Shown here piece by piece: positions 39,993-50,273 of a DNA stretch of 64,000 nt. The position numbers and the translations under genes are program-made. Each line of letters opens with the position of its first letter. Within the stretch, counting starts at the first letter, position 1. A model generated the notes under the pieces. That model was given only the letters and a program-made list of their open reading frames with translations. It searched no databases and was not told the origin of the DNA. This DNA is from Candidatus Dormiibacterota bacterium (GTDB taxonomy: Bacteria; Chloroflexota; Dormibacteria; Aeolococcales; Aeolococcaceae), in contig OY970355.1 in assembly GCA_963718525.1 (NCBI GenBank), positions 2,688,001 through 2,752,000 of the forward strand. Direction: 5' to 3'.

Positions 39993-40706
39993 ATGGCGAA
40001 TGCCCGTGAGGAACACGTCCGCGCAGCTGACAACCATGAATTCACCGGCTACCTGACCCTCCCTGCATCCGGCTCGGGCCCCGGCATGGTGGTGGTGCAG
40101 GAGATCTTCGGCGTGACCGACTACATCAAGGACGTCTGCGCGCAACTCAGCGACCTTGGCTACGTTGCGCTCGCCCCGGACCTGTATTCCCGGATCGATG
40201 GCAACTCGGTGATCGACGAGCGTTCAGAGAACGCGCTGCCTCGTGCCTTCGGATCCATGCAGCAGCTGGATTTTCCCCAGGCGACACGCGATGCCGCTGA
40301 CGCACTCGAGCACCTGCGCACTTTGCCCGAGGTGCCCGGTCGGCGCGCAGGCATCATCGGCTTCTGCCTCGGCGGGGGCATCGCCTTCTTCGTGGCCGCG
40401 GATGCGGAACCGGACGTGGCGATCTGCTACTACGGCTCGGCGATCCCCGGCAATCTCGACCGGGCACCCAACGTGCACTGCCCCGTGCTCTTTCAGTTCG
40501 GCGACGCTGACGAGTACATCACCGCAGAGCAGCGTGCTGCAGTCGAGCAGGCATTCGCGGGACGCCCGCACACGGAATTCCACCTCCATCACGGCCCCAA
40601 CCACGCCTTCGACAACCACAACGCCGCGATGTTCCACGACCCCGAGGCCGCCGCCGCGGCATGGAGGCAGACAGCCGCGTTCCTGGAGCGCGAGTTTCCG
40701 GCATAA
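39993..40706 (+). CDS. Dienelactone hydrolase family protein
   Basis: QEIFGV, APDLY, GFCLGG, YYG, HAF. Confidence 0.9.
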   Translation: MANAREEHVRAADNHEFTGYLTLPASGSGPGMVVVQEIFGVTDYIKDVCAQLSDLGYVALAPDLYSRIDGNSVIDERSENALPRAFGSMQQLDFPQATRDAADALEHLRTLPEVPGRRAGIIGFCLGGGIAFFVAADAEPDVAICYYGSAIPGNLDRAPNVHCPVLFQFGDADEYITAEQRAAVEQAFAGRPHTEFHLHHGPNHAFDNHNAAMFHDPEAAAAAWRQTAAFLEREFPA

Positions 40707-40718
40707 CTGGCCTGAACG

Positions 40719-41705
40719 TCAGCGGACCTCAATCACATTCGGCCCTCTGGGCACCAACTCGCCGATGATCGGCGACCCCGGCACCTGCCCGGCCACGAGC
40801 AGACCGCCGCTGGTCTGCGCGTCGGCGAGCAGCAGGCGCTCGGCTTGGTCGCCGGCCGTGCGGCCACCCCAGCCGACGTGTGGCGCCACCCACTCGAGGT
40901 TGCGGCGCGTCCCACCGCTGACGTACCCCGCGTCGAGAGCGTCGCGTGCACCGTCGAGATACGGGACCGCGTCGGCATCGATGACGGCGGTGACGTTGCT
41001 CGCCCGAGCCAGCTTGTAGAGGTGACCCAGGAGACCGAACCCGGTGATATCGGTGGCGCAGCGCGCGCCGCTCTCGAGCGCCGCTTCAGACGCCGCCCTG
41101 TTCAGCATGACCATGGCCGCCACCGCATGCGGGAAGACGTCGCCGGTCTGTTTGTGACGGCTGTTGAGCACGCCGATGCCCAGCGGCTTGCTCAGTGACA
41201 GCGGCTGACCGGCCACGCCGGCATCGGTGCGCAGCAGCCGATCGGAGGGCGCAACACCCGTGACCGCCATCCCGTACTTGGGCTCGGGGTCGTCGACGCT
41301 GTGCCCACCGGCGACGGGACAACCGGCCTCGGTGGCGACCGCAAGGCCACCGCGAAGGACCTCGGCTGCGAGGGTCATCGGCAGCAGTTCGCGAGGCCAG
41401 CACAAAAGGTTCACGGCGAGGATGGGGCGGCCTCCCATCGCGTAGATGTCGGAGAACGCGTTGGCCGCCGCGATCCGACCCCAGTCGTAGGCGTCGTCGA
41501 CGACCGGGGTGAAGAAGTCGACCGTGCTGAGCAGCGCGGTGCCGTTGTTGTCGATCCGGACCGCGGCCGCGTCATCACCATGGTCGAGCCCGACGATCAG
41601 CGTCTCGCTGGGCACGCCGATCAAGCCCGCGACCATCTCCTCCAACTCCCCAGGCGGGATCTTGCAGGCGCAGCCACCGCCGTGCGCGTAGCCGGTGAGT
41701 CGCAT
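40719..41705 (-). CDS. selD: Selenide, water dikinase (Cys form)
   Basis: GGGCACK, DDAA, VDFFTPVVDD, AANAFSDIYAMGG, TDITGFGLLGH, DAQTSGGLL. Confidence 0.96.
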   Translation of the reverse strand: MRLTGYAHGGGCACKIPPGELEEMVAGLIGVPSETLIVGLDHGDDAAAVRIDNNGTALLSTVDFFTPVVDDAYDWGRIAAANAFSDIYAMGGRPILAVNLLCWPRELLPMTLAAEVLRGGLAVATEAGCPVAGGHSVDDPEPKYGMAVTGVAPSDRLLRTDAGVAGQPLSLSKPLGIGVLNSRHKQTGDVFPHAVAAMVMLNRAASEAALESGARCATDITGFGLLGHLYKLARASNVTAVIDADAVPYLDGARDALDAGYVSGGTRRNLEWVAPHVGWGGRTAGDQAERLLLADAQTSGGLLVAGQVPGSPIIGELVPRGPNVIEVR

Positions 41706-41773
41706 CCCGCGATGTTGGCAGGTTGGGCGCAGACGCTCACAGCTGCTGTGAGCGGTGGCCTACGCTTGCCCTC

Positions 41774-41866
41774 GGAGGCGTCTGGGCACCTGGTGGGCCT
41801 CCTGATCTTCAAAATCAGTGTGACCGAGTATCCCGGTCAGGCGGGTTCGATTCCCGTCCGCCTCCG
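41774..41866 (+). tRNA. selC: tRNA-Sec (UCA)
   Basis: GGAGGCG/CGCCTCC acceptor stem, anticodon arm CTGAT-CTTCAAA-ATCAG, long variable arm TGACCG..CGGTCA, T-arm GCGGG-TTCGATT-CCCGT; between selD and selA; followed by CCG, so CCA is not encoded. Confidence 0.93.
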
Positions 41867-41890
41867 CCGGTACACGTGGGGTCATCGCGC

Positions 41891-43174
41891 ATGCACATGG
41901 ATCCGCGCCGGAGCATCCCGCAGACGGACTCGCTGCTCGCCGACTCGCGACTGGTCGATGCGCAGCATCGTCTGGGCCGGCCTCGCGTTCGGGACGCCGT
42001 GCACGTCTCCCAGGAACGGGTTCGCGACGGCTCGCTGCCGCCGGAGCAGCTCATCGATGACGTGCTCCGAGGCCTTCCTGCCGGCGCCACGAGCCTCCGG
42101 CCTGTCATCAACGCGACCGGGACGGTGCTGCACACCAACCTCGGGCGGGCTCCTCTCTCGCAGGCTGCCCGACGCGCGTTGCATAGCGCTGCGGGCTACG
42201 TCGATGTCGAGTACGACCTCCTCGAGGGAGTTCGTGCTCCGCGAGGAAGGGGCACCCTGAGGGCACTCCGAGCGGCGCTGCCTGACGCGGGCGACGTCAT
42301 GGTCGTCAACAACGGCGCCGCGGCGCTGCTGCTCGCGATTACGGTGCTCGCGTCCGGACGCGAGGTCGTGTGGAGCCGCGGCGAGCTGGTCGAGATCGGC
42401 GATGGTTTTCGCCTTCCCGACCTCGCCACCTCCACCGGCGCAACCGTGCGTGAGGTGGGCACCACCAACCGCACGACCAAGGCCGATTACGTCGCTGCAA
42501 TCGGAGCCCGAACCGGATGCCTGCTCAAGGTCCACACCTCGAACTTCCGCATGACCGGGTTCACATCGTCGGTCGCGATTGGCGAACTTGTGGGTCTGGG
42601 TCCACCGCTGGTGGTGGACGTCGGGTCGGGCTTGCTGGCGCCCGACCGTCTCCTCCCTGACGAGCCTGACATCGCGGGTGCGCTGCGGTCCGGGGCCGAC
42701 GTGGTCACCGCAAGCGCCGACAAGCTGCTCGGCGGCCCGCAGGCCGGGATCATCGCCGGCAGGGCTGCCCTCATTGCCAGGTTTCGACGTCATCCCCTGG
42801 CGCGAGCGCTCAGGGTTGACAAGCTCACGCTCGCGGCCCTCGAGGCCACCCTGTCCGGCCCCGAGTCCCCAACATCCGTGGCCCTCCATGCAGACCCCGA
42901 AGCTCTGCGCCTCCGCGCCGTGGCGATCGCGAGACGTCTCGGCGACGAGGCCGGCGTCGTGCCGAGCGACGGCGCCGTCGGTGGCGGCAGCGGGCCCGGG
43001 GTGACCCTGCCGGGCTGGGCGGTGAGCCTGCCGGAGCGCTACGCCTCGCAACTGCGCCGCGGCGATCCCGCGGTGATCGCCCGGCTCGAGGGCGGTCGAT
43101 GCCTGCTCGATGTCAGATGCGTCCCCGCTGCTTCCGACGATCAGATGGTGGAGGCGGTGCTCGCGTGCAGGTGA
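41891..43174 (+). CDS. selA: L-seryl-tRNA(Sec) selenium transferase
   Basis: VINATGTVLHTNLGRAP, VNNGAAA, SRGELVEIG, VGTTNRT, SADKLLGGPQAG. Confidence 0.95.
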   Translation: MHMDPRRSIPQTDSLLADSRLVDAQHRLGRPRVRDAVHVSQERVRDGSLPPEQLIDDVLRGLPAGATSLRPVINATGTVLHTNLGRAPLSQAARRALHSAAGYVDVEYDLLEGVRAPRGRGTLRALRAALPDAGDVMVVNNGAAALLLAITVLASGREVVWSRGELVEIGDGFRLPDLATSTGATVREVGTTNRTTKADYVAAIGARTGCLLKVHTSNFRMTGFTSSVAIGELVGLGPPLVVDVGSGLLAPDRLLPDEPDIAGALRSGADVVTASADKLLGGPQAGIIAGRAALIARFRRHPLARALRVDKLTLAALEATLSGPESPTSVALHADPEALRLRAVAIARRLGDEAGVVPSDGAVGGGSGPGVTLPGWAVSLPERYASQLRRGDPAVIARLEGGRCLLDVRCVPAASDDQMVEAVLACR

Positions 43175-44994
43175 TCGCGACGGCTGGTCACGTCGACCAC
43201 GGCAAGTCGACACTCGTGCGGGCGCTCACGGGGATGGAGCCGGATCGGTGGGCGGAGGAGCGGCGCAGGGGCATGACGATCGATCTCGGATACGCGTGGA
43301 CGGCGCTGCCCTCCGGGGAAGAGATCGCATTCGTCGATGTGCCGGGGCACGAGCGGTTCACGACCAACATGCTCGCGGGCGCCGGTCCGGTCCCTGCGGT
43401 CCTCCTCGTGATCGCGGCCGATGAGGGCTGGGCAGCGCAGACCGGCGAGCACGTCAGAGCCCTCGACGCCCTCGGAGTTCGCCATGGCGTCGTGGCCGTG
43501 ACTCGCATCGACCTCGCCGATCCCTCAGCGGCGATCGCACAGGCACAAGAGGGCCTCGCACGCACCTCCCTCGCCGGCATACCCGCGGTCGGCGTGTCGG
43601 GTCAGACTGGCGCCGGGCTGGACAGGCTTCGCATCGCGCTCGACGACCTGGTGCGCGGGCTCCCGGCGGCGGATCCTGAAGCGCGAGTCCGTCTCTGGGT
43701 GGACCGCTCGTTCACGGTCCGGGGCAGCGGCACTGTGGTCACCGGGACGCTTTCGGCAGGAACGCTCCGCCGGGGCGACGTCCTGGAGCTCGGCAACTCG
43801 ACCGTGACGGTCCGGGCTCTGCAGCGCCTGGGACAGCCTGCCGAAGTCGTCATCGCCCCGGCCAGGGTTGCCGTCAACCTCCGCGCCATCTCCGCCGGCG
43901 ATGTCCGACGCGGCGACGCGCTGCTGACTCCCGGCGCATGGTTGCGCACTGCGGTGGTGGATGCCCGTGTCGACGGCAGGGATTGGCCGGCGCACGGCGT
44001 CCTCCACGTCGGTGCGGCGGCGGTGCCTGCGAGGATCCGCCGGCTGGACACGGGCGGATCACCGGGCACGTCGTGGGATGCGTCGTCGCCCTCATCCAAC
44101 TCCTGCGTGGTACGGCTCATCCTCGACACTTCGCTACCGCTGCAGGTTGGCGACCGAGTGCTGCTCCGGGATCCGGGCCGCCGCCAGGTGGTCGGCGGGG
44201 CAACCATCCTCGACCCGCTCCCGCCGCCGCTCCACCGCCGAGGTGCGGCTCGGGCTCGCGCCGCGGCGCTGCGCGGCGATCGCGGGACGCCCGAGGTCGC
44301 CGTCGAGCTGGCGCGGCGCGGCGCGGCGAGTCGAGCGCTCCTGCAGCAGATCGGGGTTCCGGTGGGCGATCCTCTTCCGCACGGCGTGGTCGCGGCCGGG
44401 TCCTGGCTCGTCACCACGGCGCGCTGGGAGGAGTGGCAGCGGAACCTTCGCGCCGTCATCGAGCGTCAGCCGGCAGCCATCCTCGATGCGGGTGCGACCC
44501 ACGCCGATCTCGTGCGAGCCCTCAGGTTGGACGACCCGACGCTGTTGTCAGCCCTGGTGCGCGCGTGTCCGGAGCTGGTGGACGCCGGGGGCCGCGTCCG
44601 CAAGCGGGGGAGCGCGCCATCATTGCGGCCGGACATCGAGCAGGCGATCTCTCGTCTCGTCGCGGGACTCAACGCCGAGCCGTTCGCTGCACCCGAACAG
44701 CCGGGGCTTGTCGCCCTGGGGCTCGGTCATCGGGAACTCGGGGCGGCGGCCGCTGCGCGGTCGATCCTCCTCCTCCCCGGGGACATCGCCCTACTGCCAT
44801 CAGCGCCCATGCTCGCTGCCGCGCGCCTCCGCGGACTGGCGCAGCCATTCACACTGTCCGAGGCGCGCCAGGCGCTGGGGACGACCCGCCGCGTCGCCGT
44901 ACCACTCCTCGAGCACCTTGACCGCATCGGGGCGACTGAACGGGTGGACGGGGAGCGACGGAGGGTGCGGGCCATCGCTGCGGTTGGGGCTTAG
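43165..44994 (+). CDS. selB: Selenocysteine-specific elongation factor
   Basis: TAGHVDHGKS, RGMTIDLG, DVPGHERF; C-terminal winged helix ARQALGTTRRVAVPLLEHLD. Confidence 0.95.
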   Translation: MQVIATAGHVDHGKSTLVRALTGMEPDRWAEERRRGMTIDLGYAWTALPSGEEIAFVDVPGHERFTTNMLAGAGPVPAVLLVIAADEGWAAQTGEHVRALDALGVRHGVVAVTRIDLADPSAAIAQAQEGLARTSLAGIPAVGVSGQTGAGLDRLRIALDDLVRGLPAADPEARVRLWVDRSFTVRGSGTVVTGTLSAGTLRRGDVLELGNSTVTVRALQRLGQPAEVVIAPARVAVNLRAISAGDVRRGDALLTPGAWLRTAVVDARVDGRDWPAHGVLHVGAAAVPARIRRLDTGGSPGTSWDASSPSSNSCVVRLILDTSLPLQVGDRVLLRDPGRRQVVGGATILDPLPPPLHRRGAARARAAALRGDRGTPEVAVELARRGAASRALLQQIGVPVGDPLPHGVVAAGSWLVTTARWEEWQRNLRAVIERQPAAILDAGATHADLVRALRLDDPTLLSALVRACPELVDAGGRVRKRGSAPSLRPDIEQAISRLVAGLNAEPFAAPEQPGLVALGLGHRELGAAAAARSILLLPGDIALLPSAPMLAAARLRGLAQPFTLSEARQALGTTRRVAVPLLEHLDRIGATERVDGERRRVRAIAAVGA

Positions 44995-46025
44995 GGCCGA
45001 CCGGCCCCGAGCGAGGAGTTCGCCTCAATGCGCCGCCGTTGCGGGACCACCGTGTATCGGGGATCGCGAGCGGATTCCTGCCCGGCCTCGAAGATCGCGA
45101 AACGAGCGCAGACGGATCCGGCGACGAGCGCGGCACCCGCAAGCGGCGCCACTACCCGGTGGCGGCCGAGGGCGAGCGTGCCCACGGCGCCGGCCGCGGT
45201 GAGGGCGCGGCTCGCGTCCATGAGCTGTTTCGCTCTTCCGAAGCGAAACGTTGCAGCGCTGAGTCCCATGCTCTGCGTCATGCGGACCTCCGTACCAAGG
45301 GCGAACGCCGCTCCCCCCACGGCCATCCGGCGTGCAGGCCCGGCCTGCGCGACGCTGGTGCCGAGCATCGCGAGCCCCCCGGCAGCTGCGGCGGCCGAGC
45401 CCACGAACACGAACGGAAGCTCGCGGCGGGCCTCATGCCATGCCGGGGTCGCCGTGTCGGACAGGAGGACTCCCGTGTACGACGCGAGAGCCGGAGCCAG
45501 CGCAGCGGCGAGCAACCCTGCGGGGCGGGCGGCGAGATCGAGCAGCCGCCCGACCACCGGGAGCGGGCGTGGCAGCATGCCGGCGAGTTCAGCGGTGCCG
45601 GCGAGCGCCGCCATCGGTCCGTACGCCGTCAGGATCCACGTCCCCACCGACATCGGCGACGTGGGTTTCGCGACCCGCAGCATGTTCACGAAACGCTCGG
45701 GTTTACCGAGATCGTGGACCAGCGCGGCGGCTCCGGCGGTCACGCTGAGCAGTGCGCCGAAGCGCGCGACCCGTCGCAGCTCCGGCAGGTCCTTGAGGTC
45801 GGCGCCCGCAGCGAGGAGCGAGGAGCCGGCCGCCATCCCACCCAGGAAGAGATATGCGGGAATGTTGCTTTGCCATGGAGACGGCTTGACGACCGGGCGC
45901 CCGTAGTACGAGGTGAAGCTGACGTCGGGAACCATGGGGCGTTCGCCGTCGCGTCCGCCACCTCCGCGGCGCCTGCGTCGTGGTGCGCCCGCAGTAGTTG
46001 CGGTGCCGGACGGTGCAGCGGTCAC
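44991..46025 (-). CDS. NrfD/PsrC family membrane anchor of formate dehydrogenase
   Basis: SYYGRPVVK, YLFLGG, HDLGKPERF.NM, SPMSVG, YTGVLL..TA.P.W. Confidence 0.88.
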   Translation of the reverse strand: MTAAPSGTATTAGAPRRRRRGGGGRDGERPMVPDVSFTSYYGRPVVKPSPWQSNIPAYLFLGGMAAGSSLLAAGADLKDLPELRRVARFGALLSVTAGAAALVHDLGKPERFVNMLRVAKPTSPMSVGTWILTAYGPMAALAGTAELAGMLPRPLPVVGRLLDLAARPAGLLAAALAPALASYTGVLLSDTATPAWHEARRELPFVFVGSAAAAAGGLAMLGTSVAQAGPARRMAVGGAAFALGTEVRMTQSMGLSAATFRFGRAKQLMDASRALTAAGAVGTLALGRHRVVAPLAGAALVAGSVCARFAIFEAGQESARDPRYTVVPQRRRIEANSSLGAGRP

Positions 46026-46945
46026 GCGCGCGCCCGCACAAACGCCACCACTGCGCCGGCGAGCAGGGTTGCGCCCGCCATCGCGGCCGTTCGCCACATC
46101 GCCGGAAGGTCCCGGGTTGTCACCACCGGATCCGGAGGGAGGCCGTAGACCTCGGGTTCGTCGAGGAGCAGGAAGAAAGCCCCGGCTCCGCCGATACCGT
46201 CACTGGTGTCCTCCAGGTACAGCCTCGCGTCGGTGACACCCGCGGCGTGCAGCTCCTCGATACGGTGACCCGCGCGAACGCGCAGCTCATCGAGGTCGCC
46301 GTACTGGATCGACTGCGTCGGGCAGGCCTGTGCGCACGCCGGGGTCATGCCCTCGCCGAGGCGGTCGTAGCAGAGGGTGCATTTCTGCGCGATGCCGACG
46401 TTCCGCGTGCCTGCCGGCCCCTCGCGACGGTCGATGACGCCGAACGGACAGGCGGGAACACAGTATCCGCAGCCGTTGCAGATATCGTCCTGCACCACTA
46501 CGGCCCCGAACTCCGTTCGCGTCAGTGCACCGGTCGGGCAGACATCGAGACAGGCGGCGTAGGTGCAATGCTTGCAGACGTCCGACGACATCAGCCAGCG
46601 AATCCCAGTCGCTGCCATGGCAGCCATGTTCTGGCCAGATGTGGGGGCAACCATCGGGAGCGGCACGAATCCCGTCGTCCCCGTCGTGGCGATGGATCGT
46701 CGTGGCTGCTCGATGAATGCGACGTGACGCCACGTGCTGGCGCCGAGCCCCCCGGTATTGTCATAGGACATCCCCAGCATCTCGAGTCCATCCTCGGGGA
46801 CGCCGTTCCATTCCTTGCATGCGACCTCGCACGCCTTGCAGCCGATGCATATCGAGCTGTCGGTGAAGAATCCCTTGCGTGGAGGATGTTGCGTCCAGCC
46901 GGTATCGGATGCGGGGTCGAGCGCCGTGGACCAGCGCTGCATCAT
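46022..46945 (-). CDS. fdnH: Formate dehydrogenase Fe-S (beta) subunit
   Basis: Four [4Fe-4S] Cys clusters: CIGCKACEVAC, CKHC...C...CP, CNGCGYC...CP, KCTLC...PACAQACP. Confidence 0.88.
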   Translation of the reverse strand: MMQRWSTALDPASDTGWTQHPPRKGFFTDSSICIGCKACEVACKEWNGVPEDGLEMLGMSYDNTGGLGASTWRHVAFIEQPRRSIATTGTTGFVPLPMVAPTSGQNMAAMAATGIRWLMSSDVCKHCTYAACLDVCPTGALTRTEFGAVVVQDDICNGCGYCVPACPFGVIDRREGPAGTRNVGIAQKCTLCYDRLGEGMTPACAQACPTQSIQYGDLDELRVRAGHRIEELHAAGVTDARLYLEDTSDGIGGAGAFFLLLDEPEVYGLPPDPVVTTRDLPAMWRTAAMAGATLLAGAVVAFVRARA

Positions 46946-49900
46946 GCCGGCTCTTCAGGTGGCGTCAGTCGCGTGGTGCCTGTCTCGACGCGGATCCCGG
47001 CGCGCCGCCGGTACTCCTCGACGTAGCGGGGCAGCGCTGGACCGGTCGGCCGCCGGCCCGGTTGGATGTCGCACGACGCGGCTTTCAACTCCTGGATATG
47101 CACATTCGGATCCAGCGCCACTCCCATGACGTCGTTCGCCGAGTCGCCACTGACGATCGCTCCCCCACCGCCAACCCCCCAGTGATATGGAAGCCCCACC
47201 TGGTGGATCGTCCGTCCACCGACGACGAGGGGCGTGACACGGTCGGTCACCAGGACCCTCGCCTCGATGGCGGTCCGCGCTGTGACGATGGTGGCCCAGC
47301 CCAGATGCTCGAGCCTGCGCTCAGCAGCGAGTTCCGGCGAGACCTCGCAGAAGAATTCAGGCTGCAATTCGGCGAGGTACGGGGACCAGCGGCTCATCCC
47401 ACCCGCGGTGTGATGTTCGGTCAGCCTGTACGTCGTGACCACGTAGGGATAGACGCCGGAACCCGGCTCGGGTGGCGACGGGCTCGTGAGGTTCTCGTTG
47501 CGCGGGAACATCTCACGCGTCGGGTTCGCCTGCTGCGAGTGCATGGGGTTGCGAACCGGCGATTCGACCGGCTCGTAGTGCACGGGGAGCGGCCCATCGA
47601 GGAGTCCGCTCGGCGCATACAGCCAGCCCTTCCCATCCGCCTGCATGATGAATGGATCATCGCCGGCGAGCCCCTCAGGGCCGCCGACCCCCGGCTCCGG
47701 CCGGAACGACGGCGCTTTGTTGACGGGGAAATCGGGCACGTCGTGGCCCGTCCACCTTCCCGCGGTCGCATCCCACCACACATAGGCCTTGCGCTCGCTC
47801 CACGGATTGCCCTCGGGGTCGGCCGACGCGCGGTTGTAAAGGATGCGCCGGTTCGCCGGCCAGGCCCACGCCCACTCGGGCGCGACCCACGACTGTTGCG
47901 AGCCGGGCTTACGCCGCGCCGACTGATTGACTCCGTCGGCGTACACACCGGTGTAAATCCAGCATCCCCCTGACGTGGAACCGTCCGCCTGCATCTCGAC
48001 GAAGCTGCTGAGCATCTGCCCGGCTCTGTCGCCGCTGAGGTGGCGACCGTTGATCTCCTGCAGCACGGACTCGGCGTCGGGCTCATCGCCCTCCACCAGT
48101 GGGTAATCCCACGCAAGCCGCTGCACCGGAAGGTCGCGCTCGAGCCGTGACGTCGCGAGGCGTTCACGGAGCAGCCTGCCGAGGTGATAGAAGAAGTGCA
48201 GGTCGCTGCGGCACGCGCCGGGCGGCTCGACCGCCTTGTGATGCCACTGGAGCAGACGCTGCGTCTGCGTGAAGGTCCCATCCTTCTCCGTGTGCGCCGC
48301 GGCCGGCATGAAGAAGACCTCCGTGCCGATGTCTTCGGTGCGCATCTCGCCGGTGGCGATCTCCGGACCGTCCCTCCAGAATGTCGACGACTCGATGAGC
48401 GTGAGGTCCTTGACGACCAGCCATTTCAGGCGTGACATGGCAAGCCGCTGCATCTTGCCGTTCGATGATCCGACTGCGGGGTTCTGCCCGAGCAGAAAAT
48501 AGCCTTCAACCTTGCCCTCGAGCATGTCGACGATGGTCTGGTAGTTGCTGTGATCGTCGCTGATGCGGGGGAGCCAGCCGAAGCCGAAATCGTTGTCCGC
48601 CGTGGCGGCATCACCCCACCACGCTTTCAACAGGCTGACGGTGTACGTGTCCGCCGCCGTCCAGAAACCCTTCTGGCCGTCACTCTTGATGGACGCGAGG
48701 TACGCCTTCAGATCCCCATGCACGGCCGCCTTAGGCATCGGCAGATAGCCGGGCAGCAGGTCGAAGAGCGTGGGAATGTCGGTCGATCCCTGGATGCTCG
48801 CGTGACCGCGCAGCGCCAGGATGCCGCCTCCCGGACGGCCCATGTTGCCGAGCAGCAGCTGGATGATCGCCGCACCGCGGATGTACTGCACCCCGACTGA
48901 ATGCTGGGTCCAGCCGACCGAGTACACCCACGACGTCGTGCGCTCGCGACCGCTGTTCGCGGTGACCGCCTCGCACACCTTGGCGAACAGAGCGGGGGGG
49001 ACCCCGCAGATCCGCTCGACCATCTCGGGGGTGTAGCGCGCGTAATGACGCTTGAGGATCTGGAACACGCAGAACGGGTCCTGGAGCGTCTCGTCACGCC
49101 GGACCTCGCCATGGGGCAGCGCGGCGCCCCGTCCGCCGAACTCCTGGCCGCCGCCGCCCGCGTGCGCCGGTGGTTGCCGCCCGGGCACCGCGCGCGAGCC
49201 GGCCGCAGCAGCGGTCTCCATGCCTTCATAGGCCCAGCTGGTCGTGTCGTAGGTTCCCGTTGCAGGGTCGAACCCGGAGAAGACTCCGCCGAGCTCATCG
49301 GCGTCCTGGAAATCCTCGCTGATGATGGTGGCCGCATTGGTGTAGCTCAGCACGTACTCGCGGAAGTACAGCTCGTTGCTGAGGATGTAGTTGATGATTC
49401 CGCCAAGGAAGGCGATATCGCTGCCGGCGCGCACGGGTACGAACAGGTCCGCCACAGCCGACGTTCGGGTGAACCGGGGGTCGATGTGGATGATCGTTGC
49501 GCCGCGTGACTTGGCTTCCATGACCCACTGGAACCCGACCGGGTGACACTCGGCCATGTTCGAGCCCTGGATGACGATGCAGTCAGCGTTCTGCAGGTCC
49601 TGCTGGAAGGTCGTGGCTCCGCCACGTCCGAACGATGTCCCCAGACCGGGGACTGTGGAACTGTGTCAAATACGGGCCTGATTTTCGACCTGCACGACCC
49701 CCAACGACGAGAAGAGTTTCTTGATCAGGTAGTTCTCCTCGTTGTCCAGGGTGGCGCCGCCGAGGCTGGCGATTCCCAGCGTGCGGTGCAACGCGTTCCC
49801 GTCGCTGTCGACGTCCTCCCAGGTGCGTGCACGGGTGTCGAGGACGCGGTCGGCGATCATCTCCATCGCACGTTCCAGCGGCAGCTCTTCCCAGTCGGTG

Positions 49901-50235
49901 CCGTAGGGGCGCCGATACTTGACAGTTGTCACTCGGCCCGGATTGTTGACGAGCTGCTCGCTCGCCGACCCCTTCGGGCACAGGCGGCCGCGCGAGATCG
50001 GCGAGTCGGGATCCCCCTCGATCTGCACCACACGGTCGCCCTTGACGTAAACGCGCTGCCCGCAGCCGACAGCACAGTACGGGCAGACGCTCTTGACCAT
50101 GCGGTCGGCAGTTTTCGTCCGTGGCGTGAGCTCGTCAGTGCGGGCTGAGCGAACCGCGGTTCCGCGGCCGAGCCGGTCGGAAGTGGTGAGTTGACGCACG
50201 ACCGGCCATGAACTGAGTCGACTGCGGATGCTCAC
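46942..50235 (-). CDS. fdnG: Selenocysteine-containing formate dehydrogenase alpha subunit (in-frame UGA at 49666-49668)
   Basis: The two track ORFs are in frame and joined by ENQARI-UGA-HSSTVPGLGTSFGRGGAT; N-terminal CPYCAVGC...LCPKG; adjacent sel genes. Confidence 0.95.
49637..49653 (-). promoter_or_regulatory. Bacterial SECIS hairpin
   Basis: GTCCCC-GGTCT-GGGGAC begins 12 nt after the UGA, with G-rich apical loop. Confidence 0.8.
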
Positions 50236-50273
50236 CGGAATACCTCCAAGCGTGCTATGACCGGCGAATCAGG

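Noticed and set aside
41695-41722. Match to the 28-bp site at the selD start (GTGAGTCGCAT-CCCGCG-ATGTTGGCAGG)
   Set aside because: Explained as selD's own -10 (CAACAT) + 6 nt + ATG; isolated in a core locus. Kept as a caution that the islet motif resembles leaderless promoters.
46942-50235. fdnG as a split gene or pseudogene (two ORFs in the track)
   Set aside because: The interrupting TGA is in frame at the catalytic Sec/Cys position, followed by a SECIS, with selABCD adjacent
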